Below are positions 55,277 to 60,043 of a DNA stretch of 60,043 nt, piece after piece (positions within the stretch are counted from its first letter, which is position 1; every line of letters begins with the position of its first letter). The translations under genes and the position numbers were made by a program. Origin of the DNA: a bacterium UBP6_UBA1177 (GTDB lineage Bacteria; UBP6; UBA1177); contig DBYV01000044.1 of the NCBI GenBank assembly GCA_002310995.1, positions 25,635 through 85,677 of the forward strand. The letters are read 5' to 3'. The notes beneath the pieces were generated by a model. The model did not search any database. It saw nothing but the letters and a program-made list of their open reading frames with translations, and was not told the origin of the DNA.

Positions 55277-57529
55277 ATGGCGGAAAAAGAGAATATGTCG
55301 TTGCCGTTTTCATTTGAAGTGGCTAAAATTTTCAGCATGGCAATCGAAGATGCGACCGACAACAAAGACGAGTTCGTGACTCCCGAACATCTTCTGTTTC
55401 AACTGCTTTTCAACAGGAAAGTAGTCGGACTTCTCGAACATTTTGATGTCGATGTCTCGGAAATGAGGCAGAATGTCAGGGAATATCTCGAAAAATATGT
55501 TCCCAAAAGCTCAAAAAACGGGAGAGTCGTTCCGTCCGAATACCTGAATATGTGCCTTCTCGATGCGGCGAACAACGTTTTCGGCTCGCAGAGGACTCGT
55601 GTCGAAGTGACAGATCTGATCGTAGCGATCTATGACCTCGGTGACAAATCGTATTCCTCAAGTCTGCTCAAGGCTAACAACATCAAAAGATACGACCTTC
55701 TGAGCGCGATCGCACACGGCGGATTTTCCGAAACTGAAAAACCGGAAGAGACTGAAAATGTTGAAACAACTCCTGAAGAGGCAGAAAAATTACCTTCCAC
55801 GCTTGAACTTTTTACGGTGGATCTTACTGAAAAAGCCCGTTTGGGAGAGCTTGATCCGATAATTGGTCGAGAAGAGATCATCGAGCGGACTATCCAGATC
55901 CTTCTCAGACGCAAAAAGTGCAATCCTGTTCACATCGGTGATCCCGGAGTAGGCAAAACCGCGATAACGGAAGGTCTGGCTCAGAGAATCGCGCGGAATG
56001 AAGTTCCTGCGCAGCTTTCAGGATATCGCATTCTTTCGCTCAACATTTCGCGTCTTATCAGCGAATGCCGCTTTATGGGTGATTTGGAGCGGACGATGAA
56101 CAAACTTGTATCTGCCTTGAAACAGGAAGAAAAAATCATTGTTTTTATTGATGAAATTCACAATCTTGTCGGGGCTGGGAGCGCGGGAAATTCGTCAATT
56201 GATGCGGCCAACATCCTGAAACCGGTTCTTGAAGAAGGAACTATAAAATTTATCGGCGCGACTACTGCTTCAGAATACAGAAAGTTTTTCGAAAAGGATT
56301 CGGCTCTTTCAAGAAGATTTCAGAAGATAAATGTTCCGGAGCCTTCGAAAGATGAAACTTTCATGATTTTAAAGAGCTTGGCTGAAAAATATGAGTCTTT
56401 TCACAAGGTTAAATACAGTGACGAGGCTCTCCGTGCGGCTGTGGAACTTTCCTCGCTTTACATCACCGACCGTTTTCTGCCGGACAAGGCGATAGATCTG
56501 ATCGATGAGGCCGGAGCGGCTTGTAACATGCAGGCTAAGAAAATAAAGGTTGTAAAGCCGGAGCATATTGAAAAAGTCACCGCTTTTCTCACCGGAAAGA
56601 AGGAAAAAACTGTAAATTCTGACGGAATGAAGCAGCTTAAAGGGCTCGAAACGGCTCTTTCAACTGAGATTTTTGGTCAGAACGAGGCGATTTCCGAAAT
56701 TGTGAGAGCGATAAAAAAGAGTTATGCAGGGTTCAAAAATCCCGAAAAACCGGTTGCATCGTTCCTTTTCGTCGGTTCTACCGGAGTAGGCAAAACTGAG
56801 CTCGCCCGTGTTTTAGCCGACAAAATGGAAATGCCGCTGATACGTTTCGACATGAGCGAATATCAGGAAAAACACACAGTTTCAAAGCTTTTCGGCGCGC
56901 CTCCCGGATATGTCGGATATGAAGAAGGCGGACTTTTGACTGAAGCGATAAGAAAGCAGCCGACTTCAGTTCTTCTTCTTGATGAAATCGAAAAAGCACA
57001 TGCAGACATTTACAATTCGCTTCTTCAGATCATGGATTATGCGACTCTGACTGACAATGCAGGACGTAAGGCCAACTTAAAAAACGTAATAATTATAATG
57101 ACTTCTAATGCCGGAAGCAAAGATGCCGCAAAAAAACAGGTAGGCTTTGAATCCCATTCGGAAAATACTTCCGCTTTCAAAGAAGCCGTAAAAAATACGT
57201 TTTCGCCTGAGTTTTTGAACAGGCTTGACCACATTGTTTACTTCTCACACATAACGCCTGAAATCGTTAAGAAAATAGTTAAAAAGAATGTCTCGGTGCT
57301 TGCAGAAAGGCTCGTTTCCAAAAATATTGAACTTTCAATCACCGAATCCGCTGTCGCACACTTGGCTGAACTCGGTTTTTCGACGGTTTTCGGCGCAAGA
57401 GAGACGGCGAGAGTTGTCGATAAAGAGCTTGAAAATCTTCTTCTTGACGAAATTCTTTTCGGAAAATCGAAAAACGGCGGAAAAATAAAAATCGATTTCA
57501 AAAACGGAAAACTTATAACTGTTAAATAG
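55277..57529 (+). CDS. clpA: ATP-dependent Clp protease ATPase ClpA
   Basis: Clp N-domain (TPEHLL), two AAA modules (GDPGVGKT; GSTGVGKTE), FDMSEY, PPGYVG; directly after clpS. Confidence 0.93.
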   Translation: MAEKENMSLPFSFEVAKIFSMAIEDATDNKDEFVTPEHLLFQLLFNRKVVGLLEHFDVDVSEMRQNVREYLEKYVPKSSKNGRVVPSEYLNMCLLDAANNVFGSQRTRVEVTDLIVAIYDLGDKSYSSSLLKANNIKRYDLLSAIAHGGFSETEKPEETENVETTPEEAEKLPSTLELFTVDLTEKARLGELDPIIGREEIIERTIQILLRRKKCNPVHIGDPGVGKTAITEGLAQRIARNEVPAQLSGYRILSLNISRLISECRFMGDLERTMNKLVSALKQEEKIIVFIDEIHNLVGAGSAGNSSIDAANILKPVLEEGTIKFIGATTASEYRKFFEKDSALSRRFQKINVPEPSKDETFMILKSLAEKYESFHKVKYSDEALRAAVELSSLYITDRFLPDKAIDLIDEAGAACNMQAKKIKVVKPEHIEKVTAFLTGKKEKTVNSDGMKQLKGLETALSTEIFGQNEAISEIVRAIKKSYAGFKNPEKPVASFLFVGSTGVGKTELARVLADKMEMPLIRFDMSEYQEKHTVSKLFGAPPGYVGYEEGGLLTEAIRKQPTSVLLLDEIEKAHADIYNSLLQIMDYATLTDNAGRKANLKNVIIIMTSNAGSKDAAKKQVGFESHSENTSAFKEAVKNTFSPEFLNRLDHIVYFSHITPEIVKKIVKKNVSVLAERLVSKNIELSITESAVAHLAELGFSTVFGARETARVVDKELENLLLDEILFGKSKNGGKIKIDFKNGKLITVK

Positions 57530-57539
57530 AGGTAACATT

Positions 57540-58244
57540 ATGAAATTATTGAAAAATTCTTTCGTATTCGCAATTTGTGCGCTTATGCTTCTTTCATGTG
57601 CTACGGCTTCTGTAAAAGAGGAAAAGGCTGCCGCGCAGGGAAGCGATGACGGTTCGATGACCGCAGAAGAGATTGCCTACATCAATAATCCTGAGGAAAG
57701 GCATCTTCTCCAGAATGATGTCGAAAAGGATAACGAGATTTTGAGAAAGGTTTCGATTCCTGCAAAACTCGGCGGCGAGGGCTACGATGTTCTTGAAAAT
57801 TATATGAAAGAAGCTATCGGAACCGGAGTAGGGATCGCGGCTCCGCAAGTCGGAATAAACAGGCGTCTCATCATGGTTCAGAGATTCGACAAAGAAGGAA
57901 AACCTTTTGAATTTTATTACAACGCTGTGATTAAAGAAAAAAGAGGTGAAAAGGTCGTCGGATGGGAAGGCTGCCTCTCGATTCCGGCAGGTTACGGACA
58001 GGTCGAAAGGTGGCAGGATATCGATGTCGAATACGATGTCATGAACGGCAACAAACTGGAGCGCAAAGTCGAACGCATCCAAGGTTTTACTGCTGTTATT
58101 TTTCAACACGAAACGGATCATTTAAATGGTGTTCTCTTCATCGACATAAAGACTGATGATCCTCTGATGACGGCCGAAGAATACAAAGAAATGAGAATGA
58201 AAGAAAAGGCTGAAAAAGAAGCACAGGAAAAGAAAGACGAATAA
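57540..58244 (+). CDS. def: Peptide deformylase with N-terminal lipoprotein-like signal
   Basis: GVGIAAPQVG, EGCLS, QHETDH all intact; N-terminus MKLLKNSFVFAICALMLLSC. Confidence 0.88.
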   Translation: MKLLKNSFVFAICALMLLSCATASVKEEKAAAQGSDDGSMTAEEIAYINNPEERHLLQNDVEKDNEILRKVSIPAKLGGEGYDVLENYMKEAIGTGVGIAAPQVGINRRLIMVQRFDKEGKPFEFYYNAVIKEKRGEKVVGWEGCLSIPAGYGQVERWQDIDVEYDVMNGNKLERKVERIQGFTAVIFQHETDHLNGVLFIDIKTDDPLMTAEEYKEMRMKEKAEKEAQEKKDE

Positions 58245-58264
58245 TTTGCGGTTTTAAAAGTTCT

Positions 58265-58975
58265 ATGAATCTGCTTTTACTCAATCGAAGCGATCTGATT
58301 GCTGAAAATAAAGCCGAGATTTTCGGTGAAAAAGTCAGGCACCTTAACGAAATTCTGAAGCTGAATCCCGGAAATGAAGTGAGAGTCGGAATTTTGAACG
58401 GAAAAAAAGGAAAAGCTGTGATTGAAAAAATTGAAACAGAAAAAGCAGTTCTTTCTTTTGAATTAAATGAGGATCCGTTCCCAAAAATCCCTCTTTCCGT
58501 CATCGTTGCACTTGCCAGACCGAAGGTTCTTTCTCGCCTCATTTCAGACCTCGTTTCCTACGGAGTCGAAGGAATAGAAATTATCCAGACCTATTTTGGA
58601 GACAAAGGATATTGGGAAAACGAATTGTTTACAGAATTTGGACTTGCCGAAGCTGTAGGAAAAGGGCTTGAACAGAGCATGGACACAATTCCGCCGAAAA
58701 TAAATTTAGTTAAGCGTTTTGGCCCGTATTCGAACGATATTCTGCCTGAATATCCAGCAAGATCAAACTGTTACATTGCTTTACCCGGAGATTTCAAAAA
58801 AATCGGCGAAATAGAGAAGGGCAAATCCAATATTATCGCGATCGGTCCCGAAAGAGGCTTCACCAAATACGAAGCAAACCAATTCATAAAAGCTGGTTTC
58901 CAACCCGTTTCCCTCGGAAACAGGATCATCAGGACCGAAGCCGCGGCCCATGCCTGCGCTGCACATTTTATTTAA
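58265..58975 (+). CDS. rsmE: 16S rRNA m3U1498 methyltransferase RsmE
   Basis: RHLNEILK, IGPERGF, LGNRIIRTEAA SPOUT motifs. Confidence 0.88.
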   Translation: MNLLLLNRSDLIAENKAEIFGEKVRHLNEILKLNPGNEVRVGILNGKKGKAVIEKIETEKAVLSFELNEDPFPKIPLSVIVALARPKVLSRLISDLVSYGVEGIEIIQTYFGDKGYWENELFTEFGLAEAVGKGLEQSMDTIPPKINLVKRFGPYSNDILPEYPARSNCYIALPGDFKKIGEIEKGKSNIIAIGPERGFTKYEANQFIKAGFQPVSLGNRIIRTEAAAHACAAHFI

Positions 58976-58982
58976 AGGTAGA

Positions 58983-59816
58983 TTATTTCTTATTCACCGG
59001 ACAGACTCTGACGCAGTCGCCGCATTTGATGCATTCGATCGAATTGACTTCTTTTACGGGGTCGATCCCCATGGGGCAGTGTTTTTTGCACGCTGAACAA
59101 GAGACGCATTTATTTTGATTCAATTTGATTTGTAAAAGTGAGACACGGTTAAAAAACCCCAAAATGAGTCCGAGAGGGCAGATGTAGCGGCAGAAAGCTC
59201 TTTGTTCTCTCATAACATAAATGACGAAGAAAATCGTGAGAGCGGTTTTCCACCAGAAAGTGAGTCCGATCGAAGCCCGCAAACCGGAATTTGCGGCGAT
59301 TATAGGGATGCCTGCGACGATAAGTCCGGAGGGACAAACGTATGCGCAGAAGCCCTGAGCGAGCCCGAAAGCGGGAATAAGCAAAACAAAGAAAAATAAG
59401 TTAAACCATTTTATACAGCGGAATTTCTGCGGCAATTTTGCTTCGATATTTTTCCAAGGTGAAATCGAATAAAGAATTTCCTGGAAAAATCCGAACGGAC
59501 AGACGTAAGCACAGGTTGCTCTTCCGAGTATTGCACCTGCTGCTGAGAGTGTTCCAAGTGCGAAAAACGGAATCATGGAGGCATATTTTATGACATACTG
59601 CAAAGTTCCGAGCGGACATCCGAAAGCCATCGACGGACAGCTGTAACAGTGGAGTCCGGGAGCGCAGAAAGTCTTTGTCGGGCCGTTGTAAGGTTTGCCT
59701 GAAAGGAAGTTGGAGATAAACGGGTTCTGTATTATAAGAAAGAATAATTGTATCAAATTACGTTTTAAACCTATGTTTTTTAATTTGTTTAAAAAAGAAG
59801 ACGTGTTTTTTGTCAT
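58983..59816 (-). CDS. 4Fe-4S binding membrane protein (NapH/RdxA-like)
   Basis: CYSCP, CAYVCPFG, FCRYICPLG, CVSCSACKKHCP, CIKCGDCVRVCP. Confidence 0.9.
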   Translation of the reverse strand: MTKNTSSFLNKLKNIGLKRNLIQLFFLIIQNPFISNFLSGKPYNGPTKTFCAPGLHCYSCPSMAFGCPLGTLQYVIKYASMIPFFALGTLSAAGAILGRATCAYVCPFGFFQEILYSISPWKNIEAKLPQKFRCIKWFNLFFFVLLIPAFGLAQGFCAYVCPSGLIVAGIPIIAANSGLRASIGLTFWWKTALTIFFVIYVMREQRAFCRYICPLGLILGFFNRVSLLQIKLNQNKCVSCSACKKHCPMGIDPVKEVNSIECIKCGDCVRVCPVNKK

Positions 59817-60037
59817 TCTGCCTCCTTTTTCTCTTTAATGCCGAATTTTTCGAGAATCTTTTCAAAGATGTTTTCATCGTATAAACCGATACAGCTCATA
59901 CAGATATTTTTGCCTGCAGCTTTGACTAAATCGGTCTCTTTTGTGCCGTATTCATCGATTTCGGCGGTAAAAGTACGGGCGATGAAAAGTGCCGAAACAA
60001 TGAGAATTATGAGAACGGCGATGATTCTTTTTTTCAT
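59813..60037 (-). CDS. CD1871A-like CxxC small membrane protein
   Basis: N-terminal transmembrane helix, KNICMSCIG; overlaps the start of the 4Fe-4S gene. Confidence 0.7.
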   Translation of the reverse strand: MKKRIIAVLIILIVSALFIARTFTAEIDEYGTKETDLVKAAGKNICMSCIGLYDENIFEKILEKFGIKEKKEAE

Positions 60038-60043
60038 TTTTTC

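Noticed and set aside
20621-57529. Concentration of proteolysis genes (lon, hslVU, clpSA, M18)
   Set aside because: They are dispersed, separately promoted housekeeping genes; no evidence of a functional cluster.
58983-60037. CxxC mini-protein plus 4Fe-4S membrane protein as a novel pair
   Set aside because: Matches the already recognised CD1871A-type arrangement.

Overview
Chromosomal window from a diderm, probably anaerobic bacterium (LapA/LapB-like genes, LamB-like porin, ThiH, PilZ and MshEN c-di-GMP modules, many Cys-rich lipoproteins). I cannot assign the taxon from sequence alone. The housekeeping backbone contains thiS-thiF-amidohydrolase-thiG-thiH, an ABC-F ATPase, lexA, era, asparaginase, nagZ, comM, lon, panD, hslVU, comF, an ArnT-like transferase, a Kbl/BioF-like enzyme, an M18 aminopeptidase, clpS-clpA, def and rsmE. 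An accessory zone (about 35-45.6 kb, visibly AT-rich at about 36-40.6 kb) holds an ORF6N gene, a remodelled DpnII-like methyltransferase locus, an AbiTii plus DUF4145/HEPN-like gene pair, a Schlafen/AlbA_2 ATP-binding gene and a decayed hipBA-like module. Two tandem multi-DUF1566 lipoproteins of about 1100 aa follow. Highlights: (1) four small toxin/defence-type modules each sit between their own direct repeats, with no integrase or transposase in the window, and one repeat duplicates the 3' end of a host gene with only synonymous differences; (2) a candidate two-gene anti-phage system (AbiTii + HEPN-like); (3) a peptide deformylase with a lipoprotein signal directly behind clpS-clpA; (4) about 17 sigma70-like promoters with a 16-bp rather than 17-bp spacer; (5) a 34-bp-period triple repeat matching the XerC arm of dif. 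No rRNA, tRNA, CRISPR array, integrase or reverse transcriptase was recognised. All family calls come from motif recognition, not database searches.
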